Below, piece by piece: positions 19,883-30,681 of a stretch of DNA of 64,000 bases. The stretch comes from an uncultured Gammaproteobacteria bacterium (lineage in GTDB: Bacteria; Pseudomonadota; Gammaproteobacteria; Steroidobacterales; Steroidobacteraceae), in NCBI GenBank assembly GCA_963801685.1, contig CAWDFR010000010.1, positions 104,375 to 168,374 of the forward strand, read 5' to 3'. The position numbers and the translations under genes were made by a program. Each line of letters opens with the position of its first letter. The first letter of the stretch is position 1. The notes below the pieces were generated by a model. It did not search any database and was not told where the DNA came from. It saw only the letters and a list, made by a program, of their open reading frames with translations.

Positions 19883-21666
19883 TCAACTGCCCGAGGGCGA
19901 AGCGAATACGAATGCGCGCACGCGTGGCGACCGCCTTGGCGTCGCGCACGAGCGGCTTGTAACGCCATTGCAATAGAGCGGCGGTCGCCGCTGCCTCGAA
20001 GACCCGCGGCGGTTTGGCCGCGTCCACCGCCACATCCTCGACGGCACCGGTCTCGGTGACGGTGAAGTCGAGCTCGACCCATCCTTCGACCGAGCTCTTC
20101 TCGGCCTTGAGCGGATACTGAGGCTGTACCGACTTGACCAGGGTGAGCTGATTGGCGCGTGATCACGTCGGCCATGAATGCCCGGCGCGCGAGCGCCGCG
20201 TCGAGATCGTGCCGCACGGCATCGGCCTGCGGCGAGACGTACCCGATGGCGGCCGCGTGGTCGAGCCAGTCGCCGCGCCGCGTCGTACTGCTGCGCGTTC
20301 ACGCTCGCTCGGCCCTTGGCGACGAGCCGGCCGCCGAGATCGTCGGTGAGGTCCGCGAGTCCTGCGTACTGCGGATCGAGCTTGCGCAGCGCGAGCAGAT
20401 AGTACTGGGCATTGTCGTTCTCCGGCTCGACCAGGCGATCCTGGGCGAGGCTCTGGCGTGCGGATTTCATCAAGATCCAGCGCGCGCGGCACTGCGTGGC
20501 GTCGGTGACGCTGGGGCGACCGTGGCGCTCGTCGCGCGCGGGATGGTGACCGCCGGGGCGGCGACCGTGGGGGCCGTGGCCGCGGGGGCCGAGACGCGCG
20601 GATCGCGCGCGCGCGGCGAGGCCGCGGCACGGTCGGCCGGGTGACCGCAAGGGTGCGTGCGCCGCCGGGCGGAGGCCGCCGCGCGCCGGGATGCGCGGGC
20701 GGGGCTGACGGCGCGCGAGGCGCCGCCGTCTTCGCCCGCTCGCGTGCGGGGCGAGCTCGGTGGCCAGCTGGGCGACGCGCTCGGTGGCGATTCCGGCCTT
20801 GCGCGCCGCCTCGATGGTGGAGGCCGCTTCGTCCAGCCGCTGCTGATCGAGCGCGGCCCGTGCCCGGGCGAGCAGGCGCTCCTGCGCCTCCATCAGGACA
20901 CTTTGGACCGCGGGGAGAGCGCTGCAACGAAGCGGAGCGGCTGCCATGGATGCCGCCGGCTGCGCCGGTGCGGTGTCCTGCGCCGACGTCCGGCTGCTCG
21001 ACGTTCCGGCGGTGCAGAAGCCAAGCCGGCGGCGAGCAGCACCGCGAGGCCGCCGCGCTCGTCGCGCCGATCAGGATGCGGCGAGGCTGACGCGGCGCCG
21101 CCGGCCGCGGGAGCAGCGACCTCGACGATCCGGCGCCGCCGATCGTCGAAGCGCTTGACCGCGGCATCGGCGAACAGCCGGGCCCGCGCGGGCGACATGG
21201 GCTTGTGGATGAATCGATAGATCGAGCCGTCGCTGATCAGCCGGGCGAGCTCGGTTTCCGATTCGCGATTGCCGGCCACGACGACGACGAGATCGGGAAA
21301 TTGGCGCTTGATGTCGGCGACGAAGCGCGCGGCCGCCTCGTTGAGCGCCTGTACGTCGAGCACCAGGATGCCCACGCCGCCCGCCACCAGCAGGTCGCTG
21401 ATCTTGTCCGAGGATAGAACGTGCCAGAGCCGACGCGCAGCTCCCACGCCCTCTCGCAAGGTCTGCAGGAACGCCTCGTCGGCGGTCAGTACGACCAGCT
21501 CGACGATGTCGCTCGCGAGGCTGAAGCGCAGCGCGGCCAACGCACGGCTCTCATCCTCGGACGCTAGCACCGGATCTGTCCTTGCATCGCATATCCTGAG
21601 GCTGGAGTTTCCGATCGCCGCCGGCGCTGCCGCATTCAGGCTCCTAATGGGCGCGGCTAGTGTCAT
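19883..21666 (-). CDS. Receiver-like domain / TPR-like repeats / Pro-rich linker / TonB C-terminal domain protein, frame broken several times
   Basis: The N-terminus is CheY-like (ELVVLTADEAF, GILVLDVQAL, VVVVAGNRESE, YRFIHKPMSP). The middle has repeats (AQERLLARARAALDQQRLDEAASTIEAARKAG, AQYYLLALRKLDPQYAG). The C-terminus is TonB-like (GWVELDFTVTETGAVEDVAVDAAKPPRVFEAAATAALLQWRYKP). The start and exact end are uncertain. Confidence 0.55.
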
Positions 21667-21784
21667 TGCGCGGGCGACGCTATACGATACGGCCTCTGGT
21701 GCGGCAGACAACCCATGCTGCACTGCGTTAAGCATTTTCTGTGACCTGGGACACATTCGGGGGACGGGGCGCGATGGCACGGCG

Positions 21785-22231
21785 ATGCTGAGCGAATCCA
21801 TCGGTTTGCAGAGCACGCTGCCGCTCGATCAACGAGTCGCGCTGGAACAGCTCCTGTTCTTCAACTCCAACCAGCATCGCGTCCGGGTGGGCATTCAGCA
21901 GTCCATCGAGACCTACGGCGTGCCCGAGATCGACGAGCATGATGGCGTCCTGTCCGTACGGGTGGGCGACATCGGCGGCGTGCAGACGATTTTCGCGGTC
22001 AACGAGACGGGGCGCCCAATCGGCGTGGCGGTGTTCGTCCGCTTGGCGAGCGACCGCTTCGTGGTCCTGCATCTCGGAGTGCAGCCGCGCACTGCCGCGA
22101 CCGCCGAGATGAATACGCGGGTGCTGCTCAAGCTGATGCACGAGATCCGAAGCGCAGCGCGCCGTACGCAAGGTGTGGATCGCATCGAGCTGGTGTACAG
22201 GAACCGCCCCGCGGTCCGCCTGCACGTTTGA
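21785..22231 (+). CDS. Hypothetical protein, 148 aa, divergent from the receiver-TonB gene
   Basis: This is the intact C-terminal part of a tracked ORF, starting MLSESIGLQSTLPLDQRVALEQLLFF. I recognised no family. The pattern is loosely acyltransferase-fold-like (PIGVAVFVRL..VVLHLGVQP). Confidence 0.45.
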   Translation: MLSESIGLQSTLPLDQRVALEQLLFFNSNQHRVRVGIQQSIETYGVPEIDEHDGVLSVRVGDIGGVQTIFAVNETGRPIGVAVFVRLASDRFVVLHLGVQPRTAATAEMNTRVLLKLMHEIRSAARRTQGVDRIELVYRNRPAVRLHV

Positions 22232-22235
22232 CTCC

Positions 22236-22826
22236 GTGACTCGAGCCCTACGTTCCGCCGACGGCAAGCTCCGCTGCGCTTGGTGCACGGCCGACCCGCT
22301 CTACATCGATTATCACGACCGAGAATGGGGCGTGCCGCTGCACGATGACCGACGGTTGTTCGAGATGCTTTGCCTGGAGGGTGCGCAGGCCGGCTTGAGC
22401 TGGCTCACGATTCTGCGCAAGCGCGAGGCCTACCGGCGCGCCTTCGACAATTTCGATGCACAGGCGATGGCGCGTTACGGCGCTGCCGAGCGCAGACGCT
22501 TGTTGAAGGATGCCGGCATCGTGCGCAACCGCCTGAAGATCGATGCCTTCATCACGAACGCACGGGCGTACCTCGAGATTGCCGACCGCCCCGGCGCCTT
22601 CGACGCCTATATCTGGAAATTCACTGACGGGCGCGTGCTGCGACGCCGGCCGCTGGATTCGAGCGCGATCGCGGCCGCCACACCCTTGAGCGAGGCGATG
22701 AGCAAGGAACTGAAGCGCCGCGGCTTTCGTTTCGTCGGTTCGACCATTTGTTACGCATTCATGCAAGCCGTAGGGATCGTCGATGAACATCAACGCAATT
22801 GCTGGGTCACCAAGCGCGCCGCTTGA
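22236..22826 (+). CDS. tag: DNA-3-methyladenine glycosylase I
   Basis: It reads CAWC..DPLYIDYHDREWGVPLHDDRRLFEMLCLEGAQAGLSWLTILRKREAYR...GFRFVGSTICYAFMQAVG. A GTG start is proposed. Confidence 0.85.
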   Translation: MTRALRSADGKLRCAWCTADPLYIDYHDREWGVPLHDDRRLFEMLCLEGAQAGLSWLTILRKREAYRRAFDNFDAQAMARYGAAERRRLLKDAGIVRNRLKIDAFITNARAYLEIADRPGAFDAYIWKFTDGRVLRRRPLDSSAIAAATPLSEAMSKELKRRGFRFVGSTICYAFMQAVGIVDEHQRNCWVTKRAA

Positions 22827-24952
22827 ACACTGCCGCCGCCGAGCGCGGCTGCTCATGGGCGCCGCGGCTTTCCTCCTGACCGCGACCGCGGTCGGCGCGT
22901 CCGCCGACGCGCCTGGGACGAGACCCGACCTCAAGCCCATCGACGTGTTCGATTTGCAGTGGGTATCGGACCCGCAGATCGCGCCCGACGGCCGCAGTAT
23001 CGCCTACGTGCGAATGAGCATGGACATCAAAACGGACCGGCCGCAGCGCGTCATCTGGCTCACCGGCATCGACGGCAAGAACACGCGTCCGCTGTCAGGG
23101 GCCGCCGCCTCGGGCATGCCGCGCTGGTCTCCCGACGGTACCCGCATCGCCTATCTCTCTGCGGCGAGCGACGGGTCGACCCAGCTGTTTGTGTATTGGT
23201 TCGGCAGCAACGTGTCCGCCCCGATCAGTCATTTCACGGAATCGCCAACGAGCCTCGCCTGGTCTCCCGATGGCCGCTGGCTCGCCTTCACGATGCCTGC
23301 GCCCGCGGAGCGAAAACCTCTGAAGGTCGAGTTGCCGCAAGCGCCCAAGGGGGCCTCCTGGGCCGACCCGCCCAAGCTCATCGATCGCCTCGTGTATCGG
23401 ATCGACGGGGAGGGCTACTTGCCCGCGAGCTTCAGTCAGCTGTACGTGATCCCGACGGACGGCGGTGCGGCACGCCAGCTCACCCACGGCGACTTCGACC
23501 ATGACGGTCCTCCGGCCTGGAGCGCCGACAGCAGTGCGGTCTACGTCTCTGCCAACCGCCGGCCGGATGGGGACTACGAGCCGCTCGACTCCGAGATCTA
23601 CCGCGTGGATCTCGCGGACGGCTCGATGCGTGCGCTCACCGATCGGCGCGGGCCCGATACACACCCGGTGGTCTCTCCCGACGGCAAGCACATCGCCTAT
23701 CTCGGCTTCGACGATAAGCGGCTCGGTTATCAGCGCACGCAGCTCTATGTCATGGACGCCGACGGGTCTCATTCGCGCTCATTGAGCACGGCGCTCGACC
23801 GCGACGCCGGCGAGCCCGCAGTGGAGCGGAGACGGCAAGCGCATCTTCTTCGAATACGGGGACCGCGGAACGATCAAGCTCGCCAGCATCGATATGACCG
23901 GCAACGTGCGCACGCTCGCGGCCGACGTGGGCGGCGCCGACGTGACGCGTCCCTACACGGGCGGATCGTTCACCGTGGCGCGCAACGGCCGCTTTGCTTA
24001 CATGCGGGCCTCGCCCGACGCCCCGCCGGCGCTCGCCACCGGCAGCGATGCCCGGGACATCTCGACGCTGACCGCGCTCAGCGCGAACCTTCTCGGCCAG
24101 CGCACCCTCGGCAGCGTAGCGGAAATCGATTTCGACTCCGCCGCGGACGGCCGCAAGATCCAGGGCTGGATCGTGAAGCCGCCGCACTTCGATGCCGCGA
24201 AAAAATATCCGCTCCTCCTCGAGATTCACGGCGGCCCGTTCGCGGCCTACGGCGCGAGCTTCGCGGCGGAGCACCAGTTGTACGCCGCAGCCGGCTACGT
24301 GGTGCTGTATGTGAATCCGCGCGGCAGCACGGGCTATGGCGAGGAGTTCGCCAATCTGATCCATCATGACTATCCCGACAAGGACTTCGATGACCTGATG
24401 TCCGGCGTGGACGCCGTGCTCGGCCAAGGATACGTCGATGCGAGCCGGTTGTTCGTCACGGGCGGCAGCGGCGGCGGCGTGCTGACGGCTTGGATCGTGG
24501 GGCACACCGACCGGTTTCGTGCCGCGGTCGTCGTCAAGCCGGTGATCAACTGGACGAGCTTCGTGCTCACCGCCGATCTCAGCAACTACTTCTACCGCTA
24601 CTGGTTCGCGGGCTTTCCGTGGGACGAAGAGCAGGTGTATTGGAAGCGCTCGCCGCTCGCCTACGTGGGCAACGTTCACACGCCCACCATGCTCATGACG
24701 GGAGAGTCCGATTACCGCACGCCGTCCGGCGAGGCCGAGCAATTCTATGAAGCGCTCAAGTTACGGCGAGTCGATACCGCGCTGGTGCGCGTGCCCCACG
24801 CCCCGCACGACATCTCGTCCCGCCCGAGCTTGCTGATCGCGAAGGTCGCCTACGTTCTCGGCTGGTTCACGGCGCACGATGTGGGTGCGCCGCATGATAC
24901 GGGCAAGCCGCGCGATGTGGGCGCGCCGCACGATACGATCGCCTCTGATTAG
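22783..24952 (+). CDS. S9-family serine peptidase with N-terminal beta-propeller (acylaminoacyl-peptidase-like), frame broken once
   Basis: Propeller repeats are present (PQIAPDGRSIAY, PRWSPDGTRIAY, LAWSPDGRWLAF, PVVSPDGKHIAY). The catalytic blocks are GGSGGG and ESDYR...PHAPH. The +1 change is near 23817. An alternative start lies at 22855. Confidence 0.85.
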
Positions 24953-24972
24953 GTACGGGTAATAGAGATCGA

Positions 24973-25962
24973 TCATGGTCTTTCCTCGGGCGGGTCGAGA
25001 GGCAGTCTGTGCTTTCGCAGAAACGCGATGTCGACATCCTCCTCGCGGGGCGCCGCCCGCATCTCGGCGATACGCTCGCGAGCCATGGCGTTCCTGAGCC
25101 ACGGCAACCCCTCGTCCAGGTTCGCGCTCGCCTCGCGCCACTCGAGCACCCGACGTCGCTCGGCGAGTGTGCGCGCCTCCTTGCCGTCGGTGAGCACGAG
25201 GTGCTTCTCGATGTGCAGGCCCACGATCTGCGCCGCGACGGTATCTGCCTTCTCCATGACCCGGGCGAGCTTGATGCAGCTCTCGCGCCGCTCCGCGCTC
25301 GCCGGATCGCGGCAGGCATTCGTCAACGTGCCGAGCGGTGGAACAATCTCGTTGCCGGCCACCAGCAGCGCCTCGCTCAGGCGAGCGAGATCCGACCGCA
25401 AATAGTGCGGCGGCAGATCGCTGCTCGCGCGCTTCAGTCCGTCGAAGAGGAGCACGACGGTCGGATTCCAATAGAAGTCGAAGCGCGAGCCCTCGGCCAT
25501 GTCGGAAAGGATGCGGTCGATTTCCGCCGGATCGTTGTCCTTTTGCACGGCTGCGAGCGTCGGCAGCCAAACCGCGCCGTTATCCGCATCCACCCAGCGC
25601 AGCGTCGTCGCTGCCTCGCGGATGTCGCATCCGGCCGAGCTCGCGCACAGCTGCAGCCGCAGCCAACCGATGCTCGGGCTCTGTGGATCGAGCTCGCTGG
25701 CGCGGGCGGCGAGATCCACGGCGGCCTTGCCCGCCGCGGGTTCCGCGCGCGCCCTGGCGCCCGATGCGACGAAGCACAGCGCGGCCGCGGTCGCGAGCGA
25801 GCGCGCATCGCCGCGGCGGGCGAGGACCTGCGCCGCGTCGGCCCGCCAGGCCGGATACTTGCCCGCACCCGGTGCGACCGTGCACTCCAGAGAACCGGTG
25901 CCGAGCGCCAGCGCCGAGTGCATCCACACCAGCGCCAGGGCCTGCAAGCCTCGCTTGATCAT
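24973..25962 (-). CDS. Secreted hypothetical protein, 329 aa
   Basis: The signal peptide reads MIKRGLQALALVWMHSALALG. It is an intact ORF and I recognised no family. Confidence 0.5.
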   Translation of the reverse strand: MIKRGLQALALVWMHSALALGTGSLECTVAPGAGKYPAWRADAAQVLARRGDARSLATAAALCFVASGARARAEPAAGKAAVDLAARASELDPQSPSIGWLRLQLCASSAGCDIREAATTLRWVDADNGAVWLPTLAAVQKDNDPAEIDRILSDMAEGSRFDFYWNPTVVLLFDGLKRASSDLPPHYLRSDLARLSEALLVAGNEIVPPLGTLTNACRDPASAERRESCIKLARVMEKADTVAAQIVGLHIEKHLVLTDGKEARTLAERRRVLEWREASANLDEGLPWLRNAMARERIAEMRAAPREEDVDIAFLRKHRLPLDPPEERP

Positions 25963-25990
25963 GGTCGAGCGTCCGGGAGCGGGGGCGGAC

Positions 25991-26599
25991 CTACGGGATT
26001 CTCGCTCGGCTGCTCGCGGTGAGACCCGCGGTGATCGCCAGGCGCATGGCGTCTTCCACCGATATGTCGAGCGGTTGAATGAGCTCGCGCGGTAGATAGA
26101 CGGTGTAGCCGCCGAACGCATAGCTCATCGGAAAGTAAACGGTGACGAGATCACGCCCCCCGTGCGCCTCGAGCACGGCCGGGGCGTCCTCGCGCGTGAC
26201 GAAGCCGATCGCGTGCACGTTCGCAAAGCGCGCGAGAACGACCCGCTGCAAATCGCGCTTCTCACCGCTCCCCGAAGGCAACAGGCTCACCACGTCGCGA
26301 AAGCCGCCGTACAACGTTTTCACGAACGGGATGCGTCCCAGAAAGTCGTCCCAGTACTTCAACAGGAGCTTGCCGGCATAGGCGTTGACGAGGCTGCCGA
26401 CGCCGAGCAGCAGCACGAACCCGGCGATCAGCCCGAGGCCCGGCCAGTAATGCTCGGGACTCACGATGCCGAGCGCGATGAGTGCGCGGCGCAGCCACCC
26501 CTCGACGGTGTGCACCAGCCACCAGATGACGTAAATGGTAAGCGCCAGCGGCAGCACCGTCACGAGCCCACTCATGAAGAGGACGAAGATTTTTCTCAT
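25991..26599 (-). CDS. DUF502-family membrane protein
   Basis: MRKIFVLFMSGLVTVLPLALTIYVIWWL, IPFVKTLYGGFRDV and YLPRELIQPLDISVEDAMRLAITAG give the typical DUF502 pattern. Confidence 0.75.
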   Translation of the reverse strand: MRKIFVLFMSGLVTVLPLALTIYVIWWLVHTVEGWLRRALIALGIVSPEHYWPGLGLIAGFVLLLGVGSLVNAYAGKLLLKYWDDFLGRIPFVKTLYGGFRDVVSLLPSGSGEKRDLQRVVLARFANVHAIGFVTREDAPAVLEAHGGRDLVTVYFPMSYAFGGYTVYLPRELIQPLDISVEDAMRLAITAGLTASSRARIP

Positions 26600-26624
26600 G
26601 CGTCCATCATAAACGATGAGGCTG

Positions 26625-27338
26625 CTACTGCTGGCGCGGCAGCACGAATCGCAAGCCTTGATAGTTCAGCACGACCCCGTCGCGGCGGATGCGCTCCAGC
26701 ACGGGGCCTTCGGCGAGGGTCGCACCCTCCCGGTACTTGCGCATGTTGATATAGACGAATCGCTCGGACGGCTGGGTGGCGTATACATGCACGTCCAGGT
26801 GCAGGTTGGCGAGAGCAGGCTGCTCGGCGACGTTGATTTCGTTGATCGAAGGCAGCGCTTCGCTGTCGCCGGGATTACTGTCGGTCAGCACCGGATCGGG
26901 GGCAGCGCTTGCGGCATGGTGAGTTGTACCCGCGCCGCTCGAGCCGGCACGGGCGGCGCGGCGCGCGACGCCGGGAGAATCCTGCGCGGGCGGAATCTCG
27001 GGCGCGTACACGGGCGGCGCCGCATCCATCGGACTGAAGTGATCGGGAGCGGCGCTCGCGGGCGGAGCCGGGCTCGGCGCCGGTGCAATCGTTGCGGCAG
27101 GTGCCATCGCCGCCGCCGGCGGCCCCGCCGATGCGGGCGATGCGGTTGCGGGCGGTGCATGGCGCGTCAACACCACTGCGAGAATCAGCAGATTGACGAC
27201 GAACAGCGCGATGAGCGCCGCGGCCCATAGCGGGAATTTCGCGCGCGGCGGCAGGGGACGCGAATCCATCAAGCCGGGAATGGCTTGACGCTGGCGCTCG
27301 ACCTCGGATTTCTTCAACGCATCGAGAATGAATGACAT
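26625..27338 (-). CDS. GspB/ExeB-like protein
   Basis: MSFILDALKKSEVERQ, then a TM helix, then an Ala/Pro-rich linker. The conserved C-terminus reads LHLDVHVY...RFVYINMRKYREG..L.EGPVLERI..DGVVL.YQG..F.L. Confidence 0.7.
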   Translation of the reverse strand: MSFILDALKKSEVERQRQAIPGLMDSRPLPPRAKFPLWAAALIALFVVNLLILAVVLTRHAPPATASPASAGPPAAAMAPAATIAPAPSPAPPASAAPDHFSPMDAAPPVYAPEIPPAQDSPGVARRAARAGSSGAGTTHHAASAAPDPVLTDSNPGDSEALPSINEINVAEQPALANLHLDVHVYATQPSERFVYINMRKYREGATLAEGPVLERIRRDGVVLNYQGLRFVLPRQQ

Positions 27339-27345
27339 GGCGATC

Positions 27346-29016
27346 CTAGCTGCGCGGTGCGGATTGCATGAGAAGCGGCGAGCCCGGCTCGGCGAGTGCC
27401 GTATCCAGCACCACCTGGGTCTGCAGGCCCGCGATTCCGTCGACGTTCAGGCGGTGCTCACGCTGGAAATTTTGGACTGCGATCGCGAGGTCCTGGTCGT
27501 AAATGTCGTCCGCATCCGGATCGGAGGCGGCGCCGTGCAGAGCATTGAGACTGCGCCGCAGCCAGCGCACCTCGTCGCCGCGCATGCCGAGCGAGAGCTG
27601 GCGCGTGCGCGGGGTCTTCGGCTTCCAAACCAGGGTGAATTCGCCGAACCAATCGCGCGACAGCTCGTCGAGGGGCACGCGCACGTTGTGCTCGCCGAGG
27701 TCGAGCGTGGCGTATGAGTCGTCGAGTGCGGACAGAACGACGCGGTAGCGCTGGCCCCGATCGTCGCTCAGCGTGAGAATCGCGGGCCGGTTGAGGGCGC
27801 GCACCTGCGCCCAGGAGCCGCGCTGATCGAGGCATGCAAGTCCGGCCTTCTGCGCCTGACCGCAGGGATCGTGATCGTCCGCCATCGCCGTGCCCCACAG
27901 CGAGAGCAGCCGCCGGAAGGCTGCCGCGTCGCTGGTGTCGGCCGTGTTCGAGGCGAGCAATGCCTGGAGCGGCGGCGGCTTATCCGCAGGCGCCGCCGCG
28001 GCTGCCGTCGTCGCTGCGGCCGCCGTCGCCACCGGCGAGTGTTCGGCGCGCGCCACCGCCGCGGGGGTGAGGGTCGGTGTCGGTGTCGCCGGCCGCAATC
28101 CCAGCGGCGGATTGTGCCAGACCGTGATGCCGGCATAGACCATGACCGCGACGCCCGCGAGTGTGATCACTCCGGCGACCCAGCCGAGCCACAGCGGCGC
28201 AAAGCGCCGGCCGTAAACCTCACTCGCCGCGCGTCGCACGAGCGCCGGGGTGACCTTGCGCCTCTCCAGAGTGTAGGCGCCGAGCAACGCCCGGTCGCAG
28301 CACACATTGATGACGCGCGGGATGCCGGAGGACAGCCGATACACTTCGCGCAGCGCCGCGGGCGTGAAGATCTCGCCGGCGGCGCCGGCAACGCGCAGTC
28401 GATGACGCACGTATTCCTGCGTCTCCAGTTTCGACAGCGGATTCAAGTGATAGCGTCCGGTGATGCGCTGGGCCAGCTGGCGCAGCTCGCTGCGGTCCAA
28501 GAGCTCGCGTAGCTCCGGCTGGCCGATGAGGATGATCTGCAACAGCTTGTGCGTTGCCGTCTCGAGGTTGGTCAGCAGCCGGACTTGCTCGAGCACGTCG
28601 GCCGACAAGTTCTGCGCCTCGTCGACGATGACGATGACGCGTCGACCGTCGCTGTGGGCGGCGAGCAGCCGGCGGTTGAGCGCGTCCACCATCTCCTTGG
28701 CGCTGGTTCGATCCGCCTCGTCCAAGCCGAGGCCGAGCTCCTCGCAGATGGTGAGCAGGAACTCGGTGGCGGTCACGCGCGGATTGAGAATCACCGCGAC
28801 GTCGGCGTGCTGCGGGACGCGCGACAGAAGCGTGCGCACGATCGTGGTCTTGCCGGTTCCCACCTCGCCCGTCAGCTGTATGAAGCCCCCAGCCTCGTTG
28901 ATGCCATAGAGCAGATGAGCCAGCGCCTCCGCGTGCCGCTCGCTCAGGTACAGATAGCGCGGGTCCGGCGTGATCGCGAAGGGCTTTTCGATGAGGCCGA
29001 AAAAGCTCGTGTACAT
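27346..29016 (-). CDS. ExeA/GspA-like AAA ATPase with C-terminal peptidoglycan-binding domain
   Basis: MYTSFFGLIEKPFAITPDPRYLY, then the Walker A GEVGTGKT, then IVIVDEAQNL, then a TM helix. The C-terminal PG_binding_1-like block reads VRWLRRSL...YDQDLAIAVQNFQREHRLNVDGIAG. Confidence 0.85.
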   Translation of the reverse strand: MYTSFFGLIEKPFAITPDPRYLYLSERHAEALAHLLYGINEAGGFIQLTGEVGTGKTTIVRTLLSRVPQHADVAVILNPRVTATEFLLTICEELGLGLDEADRTSAKEMVDALNRRLLAAHSDGRRVIVIVDEAQNLSADVLEQVRLLTNLETATHKLLQIILIGQPELRELLDRSELRQLAQRITGRYHLNPLSKLETQEYVRHRLRVAGAAGEIFTPAALREVYRLSSGIPRVINVCCDRALLGAYTLERRKVTPALVRRAASEVYGRRFAPLWLGWVAGVITLAGVAVMVYAGITVWHNPPLGLRPATPTPTLTPAAVARAEHSPVATAAAATTAAAAAPADKPPPLQALLASNTADTSDAAAFRRLLSLWGTAMADDHDPCGQAQKAGLACLDQRGSWAQVRALNRPAILTLSDDRGQRYRVVLSALDDSYATLDLGEHNVRVPLDELSRDWFGEFTLVWKPKTPRTRQLSLGMRGDEVRWLRRSLNALHGAASDPDADDIYDQDLAIAVQNFQREHRLNVDGIAGLQTQVVLDTALAEPGSPLLMQSAPRS

Positions 29017-29038
29017 GGCGGTGGCGATAATACCAAGC

Positions 29039-30224
29039 TCAGCCGCGGCGCGGACCGGAGCCGTCGGCAGAGCGCGGCAGCAGACTTGCACGCGTCAGCA
29101 CCCGCGCGCCGAAGCGGTCGCGGATACCGTCGATGGCGGAGTCGAGCCGTGAGACCCGCGCGGAACCCTCGGCGAACAAGTCCGGCTGCCGCACGGCCGA
29201 CAGGTCGCTGGTGCCGACGCCCAGTAATCGCAATGCGACATTCCCGCGGCCGGCTAGCCACGTGCGCAACAGCCGTTGCGCGCCCGCGGACACGGCGGCG
29301 GTGTCCTGCGTCGGCGGCTCGAGGGCGCATTGGCGGGTGTATGTCGTGAAATCGGCGCGCCTGATCTTCACGGTCACCCGTCCGGCGGAGAGACCCGCGG
29401 CGCGCAGGCGCGCGGCCGCGCGGTCGGCGAGTGCCGTCAAGCGCCGCTCGAGCACGGCGGCGTCGCGAATGTCCTTGTCAAAGGTCTCCTCCGCACTAAT
29501 GGATTTCTCCTCCCGATCGGGCACGACCGGCCGCTCATCAAGGCCGGCGGCGCGCGCCTGCATGGCCTTGCCGTGCTTGCCGAAGGCGCGCCACAACTGC
29601 TCATCGCCGGCCCGCGCGACGTCGCCGAAGGTCTTGAGCCCGCACGCCTGGACGGCCGGGCAAAGTCTTCGCGCCGACTCCGAAAAGCCGCTCTACGGCC
29701 AAGCGCTCGAGCACCTCGTGCAAATTGTGCGGCCCGATGCAGAACAAGCCGTCGGGCTTGTTCAAATCCGAAGCGATCTTGGCGAGCGACTTATTGGGTG
29801 CGATTCCGACCGAGGCGGTAAGTTCAGTCACGGCGCGAATGCGGCGGCGAATCTCGGCGCCGATGACCGCCGGTTCACCAAACAGGCGCTCGCTGCCGGT
29901 CACGTCCAGAAACGCCTCGTCGAGCGACAGCCCTTCCACCAGCGGCGTGAACTCGTGGAATATCGCAAAGACCTGCGCGGAGACCTCCTTGTAGCGCGCC
30001 ATGCGCGGCGCCACGCAGATGGCGTGCGGGCAACGCTTGAGCGCCTCCCGCATCGGCATGGCCGAACGCACGCCGAAGGGGCGCACGGCGTAGCTCGCCG
30101 CGGCGACGACGCCGCGGCCGGTAGTGCCGCCGACGATCAGCGGCTTGCCTTTGAGCTCCGGACGATCCCGCTCCTCGACCGACGCGTAGAACGCGTCCAT
30201 GTCCACGTGCAGAATCGTCCGCAC
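29039..30224 (-). CDS. dinB: DNA polymerase IV, frame broken once
   Basis: It reads MRTILHVDMDAFYASVEERDRPELKGKPLIVGG...SLDEAFLDVTG...IASDLNKPDG. The second part continues in the next phase. The +1 change is near 29656. Confidence 0.9.
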
Positions 30225-30232
30225 TCGAGATC

Positions 30233-30655
30233 CTATTGCACTGTGATGGTGATTTTCTTCGAGTGCAGCGGCGGATCGAAAGACATGTGCTCGTAGTCGG
30301 CGAACAGCAGCTCGAGGGTGTGCTTGCCCGGAGGGAGCGTCAGCGTGGTCTCCGTCTGTCCCTTACCGAAGTGCAGTACCTTGTCGTTCGCCGGCAACGG
30401 AGCACTCAGGTTGAGGTCGCTCAGGTCCGTATCCACCAGCAAGTGATGGTGCCCCGAGTTATCCGCTTGAGTGCCGGCGGGCGCGATCGTCATGCCCTTC
30501 AGGCCGAATTTCACCACCACCGGGTTTTGCACGGTGGCACCGTTCTTCGGCGCGATGAAATACACCTTCGCGCCGGCTGGCGCGCTGGCGCGCGGCTGCG
30601 CGAAGGCAGCCATTGCAAGCGCAGAACATGCGACACCTAGGATAAAGCGATTCAT
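30233..30655 (-). CDS. DUF4399-domain periplasmic protein
   Basis: A signal peptide is followed by VYFIAPKNGATV..PVVVKFG..GM.IAPAG......GHHHLLVD....L..P....LHFG.GQTE..L.L.PG.HTL.L. Confidence 0.7.
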   Translation of the reverse strand: MNRFILGVACSALAMAAFAQPRASAPAGAKVYFIAPKNGATVQNPVVVKFGLKGMTIAPAGTQADNSGHHHLLVDTDLSDLNLSAPLPANDKVLHFGKGQTETTLTLPPGKHTLELLFADYEHMSFDPPLHSKKITITVQ

Positions 30656-30681
30656 GGAAAGTCCCCTCTGTTGCGATTAAC

